Below are positions 45,142 through 54,939 of a stretch of 64,000 bases of DNA, piece after piece. Under the pieces are notes generated by a model that worked only from the letters and a program-made list of their open reading frames with translations, had not been told where the DNA came from and ran no database searches. This stretch comes from Escherichia phage Murica. The DNA lies in the sequence record NC_041871.1; one strand, 5' to 3'. Positions within the stretch are counted from its first letter, which is position 1; every line of letters begins with the position of its first letter. A program made the translations under genes and the position numbers.

Positions 45142-47478
45142 TTACCAAAGGTCGGTAGACATGAAGTTGATATCTTTATTGTTCTCCCACTCAAGTTTTG
45201 CATCAAATATTTTGTTAAACTCACCCTCATCTATTGAAATCGTGATTTTCCCATCACTGATCTCTAAAGGTAGCATTTCCATAGTTCTTAACTGAGAAGC
45301 AAAACCAGGGCCACCCGGCAACGGAAGAGTCCCGCCAGGCAAGGTGTCCAAAGGATTAACAAACCCGTTACCTCCCGATATGATATCTTTGCGAATCATA
45401 TCGCTGATAGTATCCAGCTGCTGATTTCTTTCACTTAGTGGGTTGTAACGGTCATTAAATAATTCCCCGGCGCTTAGTATTGTACCGATAATGCCCAGCT
45501 TACCGAGCAGACCAACTTTGCCACCAGGTGTCTTGAGGCCACCTCCACCTTTTCCTGCCGGAGCTCCACCACCAGATCCTTCTGTAGTAGCGGCACCTGC
45601 TGCTCCAGCTGCACCCCTTAGAGAGTTAAGGAATTTAAAGGTTTTTACAAGCATAGATGCCATGACAAAACCTTTTGTTAGGGCGTTGACGACCAGCATG
45701 ATGGCAGCAGCAAACCCTGCCCATTTAGCATAGCTAAAGGTGTCATGAAGCTCTTCAGAATATTCCTTCGTCTTAGCTGTTATGAACCCCCATTTAATCC
45801 CCCATTCAAGGAAAAACATGCGGATCTTGACTATAGTGTTGTTTAGTTCACCAACTACCCAGTTAAGGCCTCTCACAAACCCGCTAACAAAATCACCAGA
45901 GGCATCCCACACAAATTGCAGAGTCTCGCCCGTGCGGATCAGTGTATAATAGAACTCTGTTAGTTCGTCAGACCAACGGGTGAACAGTTTCTGACGAGTC
46001 AGTTCGATGAAGGTTTTCAGTCTGTTTTCTGCCAGCACGTTAGACTTCTGCATTCTTTCATAACCAGCTGCAGATGCCTCGTTCATGTACTTAGCCACAT
46101 ACTTCATGATCTTGGCTGTTTTAACCTCACCTTTCTTCATCATGTCCATGAACTGATCCATGGAGAGTTCAGAAAGACCAAAAGCCTCTTTGGTGGCCTT
46201 GATAAAAGGTTCGTATGCACCAGGCAATGCTTCGGCAAGTTGTTGCTTCAGTTCTTCGGACATTACTTGTCCTTTCCCAAGCATCTGTTGGATTGCCATG
46301 ATACCACGCTGGTATTTTACCTCATCGGCACCATAAGCAGCAGCATACTGGGAGTATGCAGAGAACAGCTCATGAACCTCCTGATTTGTCATCTGGTTTT
46401 TGGCGTTTACCGACATCTGGGCGTAACCTTGAAGACCAGATTTGAGATCAAAACCAAGACGCATAGCCTCTTGCTGGACAAACGCAACCTCACTGTTGGC
46501 TTTGTTTGGATCTCCAGTAACAGCAGTAAGAGCAGCACTTGCCCCCTCCATCATGTGACCGGATCTGTTAACCGCAGCAAATCCAGAAAAAGCTGTATAC
46601 GCAGCTGTTGCATTAATAACAGATCTACGTAAGTCTCTCATGGCATCGCCTAGTGTAAGCGTTTGGCTGGTGGCGCTTTTAAACCCAGACTGCAGCGCTG
46701 ACAGGTGGGCGTTAAAGGTTGACTTCTTCATCTCCCCGCGAGCAAACCTGGACTCTAACTCTGAGTATCCTGGCAAGCTTCCACGGAATCCGGCCCCATA
46801 CTTGGCAGAAAGTCTTATCGCGGAGTTGTAGAGGTGGGTTCTCCTTGCCTCACGATCCGACATAAGCCTATTATCCATACCAGCTTTACTGTCTCTTCTT
46901 AGCTGTCTATGATAACGATTCATAGCGGCTGTCTGAGCTTTCACAAGGTTAGGGTCGGAAGCCACACCACCCATATTAGGGTTACCGGGGATATATTTGA
47001 AAGATTTGGCATTAGCCAAAACTCTTGCCTTAGGTGCCTTATAACCACCGTAAGACACTGGTGCAGATTTGGCAGCCTTTTTGGCCTCTTTAGCTTGCTG
47101 CTGGTAGAACTTACGCATCCTAGCCATTTCTGGATTTTTAGCGGTAAGATTACCTACAGCTTGTTTACGTCTCGCATTCTCCCTACGTTCTATTGCAGCC
47201 CTTACTGCAGCCTCTTTCTTGGCCTGTGCTACGCTCTCTCTGTGCAGTTTAGCATTTGCCTGAGATTGCTGTCTGGCAACCCTCTGCATTGTCTGCTGGG
47301 TTTTAACAGCTACCGCCTGCCATCTACTCATGGGGTTGGCTGAGTTAAAATCCTCGCCCAGTTTCCTGAACTCCCTCCCAATACTGCGAATTTTCTCTAC
47401 AGCTTTTTTGTAGGAGGAGTTCTCTATCTCAAAGCCAATCTTGTTGACTGTTGTGGCAACTATTTTGTTTGTAGCCAT
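45142..47478 (-). CDS. tail tape measure protein, 778 aa
   Basis: Long Ala/Gln/Lys-rich helical protein with a Gly-rich segment (GAAGAAGAATTEGSGGGAPAGKGGGG); located after the tube and chaperone genes. Confidence 0.7.
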   Translation of the reverse strand: MATNKIVATTVNKIGFEIENSSYKKAVEKIRSIGREFRKLGEDFNSANPMSRWQAVAVKTQQTMQRVARQQSQANAKLHRESVAQAKKEAAVRAAIERRENARRKQAVGNLTAKNPEMARMRKFYQQQAKEAKKAAKSAPVSYGGYKAPKARVLANAKSFKYIPGNPNMGGVASDPNLVKAQTAAMNRYHRQLRRDSKAGMDNRLMSDREARRTHLYNSAIRLSAKYGAGFRGSLPGYSELESRFARGEMKKSTFNAHLSALQSGFKSATSQTLTLGDAMRDLRRSVINATAAYTAFSGFAAVNRSGHMMEGASAALTAVTGDPNKANSEVAFVQQEAMRLGFDLKSGLQGYAQMSVNAKNQMTNQEVHELFSAYSQYAAAYGADEVKYQRGIMAIQQMLGKGQVMSEELKQQLAEALPGAYEPFIKATKEAFGLSELSMDQFMDMMKKGEVKTAKIMKYVAKYMNEASAAGYERMQKSNVLAENRLKTFIELTRQKLFTRWSDELTEFYYTLIRTGETLQFVWDASGDFVSGFVRGLNWVVGELNNTIVKIRMFFLEWGIKWGFITAKTKEYSEELHDTFSYAKWAGFAAAIMLVVNALTKGFVMASMLVKTFKFLNSLRGAAGAAGAATTEGSGGGAPAGKGGGGLKTPGGKVGLLGKLGIIGTILSAGELFNDRYNPLSERNQQLDTISDMIRKDIISGGNGFVNPLDTLPGGTLPLPGGPGFASQLRTMEMLPLEISDGKITISIDEGEFNKIFDAKLEWENNKDINFMSTDLW

Positions 47479-47532
47479 GGTTTCCTCATAATAAAAAGGG
47501 CCAGATCCCAGAAAAGGAATCCGGCCCTTAGA

Positions 47533-47781
47533 TTATCCTCTCCTGCGCTTAGCTTTCGCAGCAGCTGCGGCAGCCTTCTGCTCCCGCTCCATTTCCCTGT
47601 TTTGGACGGTATCTAGGAATTCTTCGATATCAAGATACTCACAGAGCTTCAGGAAATACGCCATATCTGCAAGATTTAGCGATTCAAAATTTTCCCCTTT
47701 GAAATTCTTGAGCACCCTACACCAAAGAAAGTCGAACCAGTTGAGTGAACTGTTCTTGGCTGCCCACTCACTGGCCCTCAC
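47533..47781 (-). CDS. putative tail assembly chaperone, distal ORF, 82 aa
   Basis: GTG start; its frame is open upstream into the end of the preceding ORF. Confidence 0.3.
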   Translation of the reverse strand: MRASEWAAKNSSLNWFDFLWCRVLKNFKGENFESLNLADMAYFLKLCEYLDIEEFLDTVQNREMEREQKAAAAAAKAKRRRG

Positions 47782-47792
47782 AACAACCTTGC

Positions 47793-48266
47793 TTATTCCT
47801 GCTCTTCCGGAGTCTGATCCAGGTTGTTCACCTGCTGAATCATACCCATCTGCTGTAACATCTCCAGAAGGCTTCCTAAACCGTCTTGTGTGAAAAAACA
47901 GCCGTAGTTAACCTCCAGAACCTTACCTGCCAGCTTAATCATCTCCAGCAGATGCCCTGCAAACACAACATCTGGGTTAAGCTTATCCACACCATCTACG
48001 GTAATATCTTCGAACAAGATTTTAAATAACTCTTCAATAGAGCTATCATCAAGTTCTTGGAACAGGTAAGCCAGAGCAGTAGGAAGGACCTCTGCCATAT
48101 TCTGACCACCAGAGATAATAGATCCACCGATAGCACCTAGCGGGACAGCCACAATCTTACCGATTTTAGGCATGTTTTTCATTGCTTTCATCGGTCCCCA
48201 GTGGGTGATCACAAAGTTGTGCCCTGCTAAATCAATCTCTGTTGTAGGTCTAAAGTTTATAGCCAT
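47793..48266 (-). CDS. putative tail assembly chaperone, 157 aa
   Basis: Acidic protein between the tube and tape-measure genes. Confidence 0.35.
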   Translation of the reverse strand: MAINFRPTTEIDLAGHNFVITHWGPMKAMKNMPKIGKIVAVPLGAIGGSIISGGQNMAEVLPTALAYLFQELDDSSIEELFKILFEDITVDGVDKLNPDVVFAGHLLEMIKLAGKVLEVNYGCFFTQDGLGSLLEMLQQMGMIQQVNNLDQTPEEQE

Positions 48267-48309
48267 TTTATAGCATCCTTATTAGTCATGTTGTGCACCA
48301 TATTTGTGT

Positions 48310-48338
48310 ATTTTACCATGATTATGGTGCATTGTCAA
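48310..48338 (-). promoter_or_regulatory. sigma70-like promoter TTGACA-N17-TAAAAT with TGG extended -10
   Basis: -35 is reverse complement of 48333-48338, -10 is reverse complement of 48310-48315; about 45 nt upstream of ATG 48266. Confidence 0.5.
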
Positions 48339-48380
48339 TTTAACCTTTCAAGCAATTCAAGAACGTGTGTCAAAACCATA

Positions 48381-48410
48381 AAAGCAAAAAGCCCCACCCG
48401 AAGGTGAGGC
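48381..48410 (-). terminator. rho-independent terminator after the tail tube gene
   Basis: GCCCCACC-CGAA-GGTGAGGC stem (7 of 8 pairs), followed on the minus strand by TTTTTGCTTT. Confidence 0.5.
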
Positions 48411-48428
48411 TTATGCTAAAGTGTGCCC

Positions 48429-48902
48429 TTAGATAATACCTGCAAGACCTGCGAGGCCAGTAAGAGCACCAGTGATGTTATCACGGTTGAGCCATGCATC
48501 CAGAATACCGATATCCCAGTCCAGCTGACCTACTTCGGTTCCGTAAGTCAGGTCAGGCTGTTTCTGGATCCAACCAATTGTGGAAATACCAGGACCCTGG
48601 CTACCTTCCAGCAGAACTGGGAAGAATACCAGACCAGTAATCGATGCCTGTTTCTGCCAGTCAGAAAGGTAAGCGTTCCATACAGAAGTGTTCTGCAAAG
48701 ATACAGTCATAACACCAGATTGGTTACGAGACAGGGCCGCAGACATTTCGCCATCCACACCAACGTGAGGGTAGATGTTGTCTTCGTTTCTTGAAACAAC
48801 GATCTTGGTGTCAGCAGCGAAGCCAGTGACACGCTGCTGCATCAGGTACAGTTTGACCTTTTTAGGGTCATACGCATAAGGAGTTAAAATTTGAGTTTCC
48901 AT
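48429..48902 (-). CDS. tail tube protein, 157 aa
   Basis: Small protein immediately downstream of the sheath-like gene; high-expression context. Confidence 0.5.
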   Translation of the reverse strand: METQILTPYAYDPKKVKLYLMQQRVTGFAADTKIVVSRNEDNIYPHVGVDGEMSAALSRNQSGVMTVSLQNTSVWNAYLSDWQKQASITGLVFFPVLLEGSQGPGISTIGWIQKQPDLTYGTEVGQLDWDIGILDAWLNRDNITGALTGLAGLAGII

Positions 48903-48912
48903 CTAGTCTTCC

Positions 48913-50289
48913 TTATTCAGTCATTGCAACAGCATTGGTGGATTTAGAACCAACTTTGTCCAGAAGAACGTTGATCCGGATACGAACGAAGTGCAGGGCG
49001 TTGTTATACACCAGTTCTACTTTCACACCTTCCAGAACACGAGCAGCCAACTGATTGGTTGGGATTTCTGCACGTTTAGGAACTGTGATGATCGGGTCGT
49101 AGAATACATTATTGTCTTCGTCGAAACCTGTCAGGATCGCACCATTCTTAATGCCAGTGTTGATTGGGTTGTTCATCAGGACAGACTTGATAACCGGAAG
49201 ATCATCATCAGACATCTTCATGCTTAAACCCATGTTGGAGCGACGATGCATGTACCCAAACATAGATTCTTCAGATCTGAACTTGATCCAGTGTGCAAAA
49301 CGAATAGCGTCTGCATACTGACCTGAAGCACACTTACCTTCCCAGAAAGCGCCAACACCGTTAATCATTCTGTAGAAGTTAACGTGGTTTTCCCAAATAG
49401 CCATACGCTGAGTTAAAGTCAGAGACGGTGCAATCACACCTGGCATCTGTTTTAAGTGCAAGCTGTCGCCGTAAGACGGATCGTTGGATGCCATAGCACC
49501 TATGATACCACCCTCCGGGAAGTCCTTATCTGCACGAGGATCGTACATGCCGACACTGTCATATTGTGCAGCTTTCAGTTTGGTGGCGATGTTATTATCT
49601 TTACCAGTCACATCTTCTGCAGTAGAGTAGACATGCAGCTTGTAGTTAGCCTGAGCCCACTTAGCACATGCTTCAATGTCGGTGTGGTCTTCATGGCACA
49701 GGAAGTACCAATTGTCACGCTCAGCATTGATCTTATCAACTACTGTAGAAGGTTTTTCAGCATTGGCGATATTTTTGATTGTATAGTTACCAGTATGGTA
49801 ACCAACAGTACAGTCACCAGTGATGGTGATAACACCATCAGCAGCCTCTACAGTGATATCGTCCAAGTTATCATCTGCTTCGATTTTAGTCTTCATTGAC
49901 TCTGCAATCTGAGTTGCAGCTGTTCCACCAGAGATAGGGACTATCAAAGAGGTATTGTAGCTACCTTTTGCAATAGTCATTACGACATCGGTATCAGCTG
50001 CGGCAGCAATACCTTTAAAATCTACAGTGGTCTTTTCTTTGGCCTGTCTGCCGATCATAACGTATTGTGGAGGGAATACACCACCAAAAGCTTTTGCTGC
50101 AAACTCATACGCTGCAGAGCCTTGTGCGAAACCATCTTCCACCATCTGATCCAGCTCTGCATATACGCGAGCTCGCTCAGTAAAGTTGTTGTGGATAGCG
50201 ATGAACAGGGGAGTTTCGAAACCTACAGTGTCAATAGGCTGGGTTCCGAGGTTAACTGTAACATCTACCACTTTATCTAAATATGGCAT
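48913..50289 (-). CDS. tail sheath protein, 458 aa
   Basis: Size and position (sheath, tube, chaperones, tape measure); implies a contractile tail. Confidence 0.55.
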   Translation of the reverse strand: MPYLDKVVDVTVNLGTQPIDTVGFETPLFIAIHNNFTERARVYAELDQMVEDGFAQGSAAYEFAAKAFGGVFPPQYVMIGRQAKEKTTVDFKGIAAAADTDVVMTIAKGSYNTSLIVPISGGTAATQIAESMKTKIEADDNLDDITVEAADGVITITGDCTVGYHTGNYTIKNIANAEKPSTVVDKINAERDNWYFLCHEDHTDIEACAKWAQANYKLHVYSTAEDVTGKDNNIATKLKAAQYDSVGMYDPRADKDFPEGGIIGAMASNDPSYGDSLHLKQMPGVIAPSLTLTQRMAIWENHVNFYRMINGVGAFWEGKCASGQYADAIRFAHWIKFRSEESMFGYMHRRSNMGLSMKMSDDDLPVIKSVLMNNPINTGIKNGAILTGFDEDNNVFYDPIITVPKRAEIPTNQLAARVLEGVKVELVYNNALHFVRIRINVLLDKVGSKSTNAVAMTE

Positions 50290-50361
50290 TTGTTTCCTCT
50301 TAATATCTGTGCACGGATATCAAACACGCAGTGTAATCATTACACTACACAATTATAACGA

Positions 50362-50913
50362 TTACTGACCACTGTCTGTAACCGCTTTACCAGAATTGGG
50401 TGAAGGGAAGTGTGTGGTTATTTCAGCCTTAATTCCCTGAAGATCCTCAAAAGCCCCAATGTCTGTTTCAACAAACCTTACGTTAAATGTCAGCATCACA
50501 GTGGCTCTATTTTCATACGTCTGCTTATTCAACGGCACTCTTTGAGGTGAGATTGTTGAATTGTTAGAGTAGGCAAAGCACGATCCCAGAGGGAAATACT
50601 TGTCATAAAACATTGGAAGGTTTATTGCTTGCAATACTCTGCTAAGTGCAGCATATGCTCTGCCACGATAAGCTGTTAGCAGATAGGTAACAGTGTAGCT
50701 GTGGGTGACGTAAGCATTACCCTCCGCATCTTGAAACTCATTATCTTCCCAAGTGGTGGGATTGATCGCCAAGGTTTGTAAGAGTACAAACTCACCTTCC
50801 GGCTTCGGTATGGTAGAGCTTTCTGCCAGAACTACAGTTCTTCCTGTGGCAACCTTGACAAGCTTAGCAATGGTTGTTTCAAGATCAGAAAAAACTTTTT
50901 CGAAAGCTTCCAT
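50362..50913 (-). CDS. putative tail completion/terminator protein, 183 aa
   Basis: Position between head and sheath genes. Confidence 0.3.
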   Translation of the reverse strand: MEAFEKVFSDLETTIAKLVKVATGRTVVLAESSTIPKPEGEFVLLQTLAINPTTWEDNEFQDAEGNAYVTHSYTVTYLLTAYRGRAYAALSRVLQAINLPMFYDKYFPLGSCFAYSNNSTISPQRVPLNKQTYENRATVMLTFNVRFVETDIGAFEDLQGIKAEITTHFPSPNSGKAVTDSGQ

Positions 50914-51338
50914 CAGTTTTCTCCTTCAGGCTCTTCTACCACAAAAAATCTATATCTCCCACCACCAGAGGTAACATATGCATCGCATTTTAAAACAGTA
51001 AACCATTTCAAGTCACCACGGATGTCAGGCAGCTGAATTTGGTCAGCCATTGCATATGTTCCTTCGTCCGGACTATACAACTTGGTTGAGGAGTAAACTG
51101 TAAAAGCCTCGTACTGTCTGTCACCTTCAGGGTTTATTTGAGAGGAGTAATCTTTAGCTGCCCTTCCTGTCAACGGCTGCACAACACACTCTAAGACATC
51201 AAACTCTTCATACTCAAGTTCTAACCCCTCGTTGGCAAAAGGGCCACCAACTGTTTTGTTATACACTCTGTGGCGACCTTTGAATGTTTTACGAGGTATT
51301 AGTCTGTTCTTTCCTATCAGCTTATAACCTGCTGCCAC
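50913..51338 (-). CDS. putative head-tail joining protein, 141 aa
   Basis: Position only. Confidence 0.3.
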   Translation of the reverse strand: MAAGYKLIGKNRLIPRKTFKGRHRVYNKTVGGPFANEGLELEYEEFDVLECVVQPLTGRAAKDYSSQINPEGDRQYEAFTVYSSTKLYSPDEGTYAMADQIQLPDIRGDLKWFTVLKCDAYVTSGGGRYRFFVVEEPEGEN

Positions 51339-51354
51339 TCAACCCCCTTATTTT

Positions 51355-51825
51355 TTACTGTCCGATTTTAAAGGTTGCAGATTCAAGCAGCACATCGTAA
51401 TGCCGCATAGCCTCGTTGAAGCCTTTCTCTTGTGCCCACTGCTCGCTAACAGTAGGATTACTAAACTGCCCAGCCTCAATAACAAACTGGATAGCTTTGG
51501 CCCCTGTGTCCCCCATCTGCTTAAGAATAGCCTCTGCACTTGATCCTCTAGCCATAGCTCTCAACAATTTTTCTGTCAAGGTCTGTAGTTGAGTGCTGTG
51601 AAATGCAAAGGCTGTCTCCATGAAATTGCGAACAGGCAGCCCGTTCCAACCGAAGTTGTGAATGGCTGCCAATGTTGCCATATTTAAGCCTGACGGGTGA
51701 GGTTCATCATAAAAGCCGTAGGTTATTGTTTTACTTTCAAGTCTCACAAGTTCTTTGTAGAAGCTATCTAAACGCTTTAGGTTGAACCTTGTTTGACATT
51801 TAACCTTTAGCATTATATCCCTCAC
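51355..51825 (-). CDS. putative head-tail joining protein, 156 aa
   Basis: Position only. Confidence 0.3.
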   Translation of the reverse strand: MRDIMLKVKCQTRFNLKRLDSFYKELVRLESKTITYGFYDEPHPSGLNMATLAAIHNFGWNGLPVRNFMETAFAFHSTQLQTLTEKLLRAMARGSSAEAILKQMGDTGAKAIQFVIEAGQFSNPTVSEQWAQEKGFNEAMRHYDVLLESATFKIGQ

Positions 51826-51866
51826 TAATGTATTTTACCACAAAGATACATCAAAAGCAACAATTT

Positions 51867-52487
51867 TTAAAAACTGCGTTTGCGTCTTGGGTGGCGGGGA
51901 GGTTGGTTATTTAGACCACTGATAGGTGTAATACCCTGGACATCGAACGGCCCGTTGCTGTTTTCATTAAATTTAACCCGAATTCCTTCATCTACACGAA
52001 CACCACCAATGATAATCATTCTACTGTAAGCATCTAGCTCAGAATCTACATAGTCGGGGTGTGCCAGCAGCCAATCAAGGAAATCTTTCCATTGAGCGTA
52101 GGAAGATCCACCACGAATCTCTATAGTCTCATCACCTATTTTTTCCAGACGGGAAGTTATACTTGCATTACCGCTGGACACTTCCTGCATCATCAGCCAC
52201 CGCACAAGTTGCACAAGCACATTGTACTTAAGCAGAGGTAGCTTATCAGGATCTGCCGGATAATTTAGTTTCAACTTCTCCATGTCAAGGAATGTTTTAA
52301 TTACCTCATCAGGGAGAGTTTCCTCATCAACATTGCCGAGCAACAACCTCATAATATTAATAAGAGGTTGGTCTGGATCAGGTTCCGGAAGTACAGGATC
52401 TTCTTTTGGTGGTTCTTCTGGGGTATCGACTACACCATCATGGTTAGGCGGTGACGGGATAATCTCTTCATCTTCATACCATGCCAT
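51867..52487 (-). CDS. putative head-tail connector protein (start trimmed to MAWYEDEE)
   Basis: Track ORF extends to 52544; an imperfect hairpin lies in 52500-52546 and ATG 52487 follows it. Confidence 0.3.
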   Translation of the reverse strand: MAWYEDEEIIPSPPNHDGVVDTPEEPPKEDPVLPEPDPDQPLINIMRLLLGNVDEETLPDEVIKTFLDMEKLKLNYPADPDKLPLLKYNVLVQLVRWLMMQEVSSGNASITSRLEKIGDETIEIRGGSSYAQWKDFLDWLLAHPDYVDSELDAYSRMIIIGGVRVDEGIRVKFNENSNGPFDVQGITPISGLNNQPPRHPRRKRSF

Positions 52488-52546
52488 TTGAAAATACCTC
52501 GTAAAAATAAAGCCCCATTCCTGATTTGGAAGGGGCCTTAACAAAA

Positions 52547-53392
52547 TTATGCCAGTGCAGCCTCAAAATCTTTCATCATATTTTGGAAAGTTTTTGCCTT
52601 ACTTAAGGTAACACCGTGCTCTTTGGCGAAGGTTTGGAGTGCATCTTTTGAACCACTTTTGTCATCTTCGTTGTTAAGAGCTGCGGCCTGCTGCAGTATG
52701 GCATCAATATCACTGCGAGAAGATCTTGATTCTTGTGCCTGTTCAGGATCCTGCTCAGTGCCTCCCGGTGCAGCCGGATCTGGGGATTCTTCACCGTCAC
52801 CACCAGGTTCAGTAGGACCTACAGGCGGCTCCGGTTCTGGTTCAGGCGGTGGAGCTATTGTAGAAACCAGTCCAAGATTTACAACCTGAGAACGTTTCTT
52901 AGGCCACTCAATGGTGAAAGTTTGGGTATCTTCTTCATAAACAATGTTGCATTGCTCATCGTTTATGGTCACTTTTTTAGGCATCCCTACAGGGTCCCAT
53001 AGATGGCCCTCTGCCACGGAAACTTGGAAAGCAGCATCTACCTCTTTAAACACTGACGGGGTGAGTGTGATATTGACATCCCCGCTTTGCAGTGTTAAAG
53101 TGCTTTCATCAAGGTTCTCTGTGAAGAACAGAAGAATAACACCCATACGGATAGTTGAAATACCAGTATCAATTGGCAGGCCTGTATGTTTTGCAATCTT
53201 CTCGAAGAAGTCTACAATCGTTCTGCACGGATAGTGAACACTGCCAATAACGAATTCTGTTGGTGGCAGCAGGGCTGATAAACCAACATTGATTTCTGGG
53301 TTATATTGTGCTAAAAATTGATAAAAACTTAACTGATTGTTGAAAACTCTTAATAGAGGATCATACTCAACTGGATATACGGCTCTCTTCAC
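52547..53392 (-). CDS. virion protein with Pro/Glu-rich linker, 281 aa
   Basis: PPPEPEPEPPVGPTEPGGDGEESPDP linker; first gene after the capsid terminator. Confidence 0.35.
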   Translation of the reverse strand: MKRAVYPVEYDPLLRVFNNQLSFYQFLAQYNPEINVGLSALLPPTEFVIGSVHYPCRTIVDFFEKIAKHTGLPIDTGISTIRMGVILLFFTENLDESTLTLQSGDVNITLTPSVFKEVDAAFQVSVAEGHLWDPVGMPKKVTINDEQCNIVYEEDTQTFTIEWPKKRSQVVNLGLVSTIAPPPEPEPEPPVGPTEPGGDGEESPDPAAPGGTEQDPEQAQESRSSRSDIDAILQQAAALNNEDDKSGSKDALQTFAKEHGVTLSKAKTFQNMMKDFEAALA

Positions 53393-53425
53393 GGGGCACT
53401 CCTGTTAAACCCTAATAAATAAAAA

Positions 53426-53449
53426 GGGGAGGGGGAGAACCCCCTCCCC
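53426..53449 (-). terminator. strong rho-independent terminator directly after the major capsid gene
   Basis: Perfect 10-bp stem GGGGAGGGGG-AGAA-CCCCCTCCCC, followed on the minus strand by TTTTTATTTATT. Confidence 0.75.
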
Positions 53450-53473
53450 ATATGGGATGAATCACCTTAGTGA

Positions 53474-54481
53474 TTAGTCACCTTTCAGAGTTGCTTTAAC
53501 AACCAGCTCTGGGCGGGTGTTAACTGCCAGCATAGAAGTTTCAGATTCAATCTTCTCTTCACGCAGGTATGCAGAGTGTTTATACCACATGTACAGTTCC
53601 TGTGCTGGAGTGTTTGCTTCGTTAACATCGTCTGCCGGAGCAAAGTGCAGCTGGAACATCTGATCAATACCCATCGGCAGGATGCGGGCCTCTTTCTTAG
53701 GAATATTGCCAGAGATATCTTCGATAAAGGTGATACCTTTATGCTCAAACACACGGTATACGCTGTCTTGACCGCCAGCACCCAGACGGCGACGCAGAGG
53801 TTCCTGAGCAGAGCCGTAATAGGTGTATGCCAGTTCTACCAGCGGGTGATGGGTAATAGCACTGAAGAACTCCGGTGAGCACAGGGCTACGATGCGATAG
53901 CCAGCTGCGTTATCGCCAGCCTGCAGTGCAATGTGCAGACGAGCTTCTTCCAGAACCTCCATGGGATCCTGATCTGCTTTTGCAGGGTCAATTTCAACAG
54001 ATTTCTGAGACACACCCCACAGAGTGTAGTAATCATACTGACAGGTGGTGTCACCAGGTGCATAGGATTTACCCAGAATAGCCTGGAACAGCGCTTTCTC
54101 ACGCAGTGCTTCATGAGAAACACGGATACGGCGAACAACGCGGGTTACTACGTCCTGAACAGTTTTCGGAGCATCAGGAGTGAAGTAACGACGGAAGTTC
54201 TGAACATCTGCGGCAGTGATGCCTTTGTCCAGAGGGAAGAACGGGATGTTCAGGTTTTTAACCTGAGCACGTTCACTACCAACGTAGTTACGCTCACCAC
54301 CACGACGGCGTGCCGGAATGTCGGTTACAACTTCATCAACACGTTCGATCTGAGCAATTGTTGAGGTGCCGAGACGAGTTTCGAACAGATCCATACCAGT
54401 AATCAGGCGGAATTGACGCGGAACAAGGTCCAGAGTAGCACCTAAATCAACAATGCCAAATTCATCTTTACGAGTAATCAT
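53474..54481 (-). CDS. major capsid protein, 335 aa
   Basis: Position after scaffold; locally biased codon usage and higher GC; strong terminator downstream. Confidence 0.65.
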   Translation of the reverse strand: MITRKDEFGIVDLGATLDLVPRQFRLITGMDLFETRLGTSTIAQIERVDEVVTDIPARRRGGERNYVGSERAQVKNLNIPFFPLDKGITAADVQNFRRYFTPDAPKTVQDVVTRVVRRIRVSHEALREKALFQAILGKSYAPGDTTCQYDYYTLWGVSQKSVEIDPAKADQDPMEVLEEARLHIALQAGDNAAGYRIVALCSPEFFSAITHHPLVELAYTYYGSAQEPLRRRLGAGGQDSVYRVFEHKGITFIEDISGNIPKKEARILPMGIDQMFQLHFAPADDVNEANTPAQELYMWYKHSAYLREEKIESETSMLAVNTRPELVVKATLKGD

Positions 54482-54529
54482 TTATTTCTCCAAAATAAAA
54501 CTTAAATATTTTCCCGAACAATTTAGGGC

Positions 54530-54919
54530 TTACTCTTCACCAAGAGTCTGGACCTGAACCTTGTTGCCCAGAGCCTCAAGCTTGTCTAACACAGCCTGTT
54601 CTGCTTTAGCGCCACCAGTTGCCAGCAATTTATCCTTGGCAAAAGTAACACCACGCACAGCAACAACCAGTTTATATTTCTTTGTGCCAAGAGGTTCAGC
54701 GATATGTACTTTACCAGCAGCGTCCGGAATTAAAGCACGATCCACCAGAACGCCATAGGCGTCTGAACCGTCCTGATTGGCAATGCTACCATCTTTGGTC
54801 ACAACCGTGCCAGCATGATGGTGCTCTGTCAGTGTAATTTCCATCTCTTTAAAATTGTAGCCAGCATCGCTAGAATCAACTTTGCCGAGCACGATATCAG
54901 AATATTGAGCGGTAATCAT
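54530..54919 (-). CDS. capsid-associated small protein (possible decoration/accessory), 129 aa
   Basis: Between the scaffold and capsid genes; Gly/Ala/Val-rich. Confidence 0.35.
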   Translation of the reverse strand: MITAQYSDIVLGKVDSSDAGYNFKEMEITLTEHHHAGTVVTKDGSIANQDGSDAYGVLVDRALIPDAAGKVHIAEPLGTKKYKLVVAVRGVTFAKDKLLATGGAKAEQAVLDKLEALGNKVQVQTLGEE

Positions 54920-54939
54920 TTATTTCCCCCGTTAATGTC

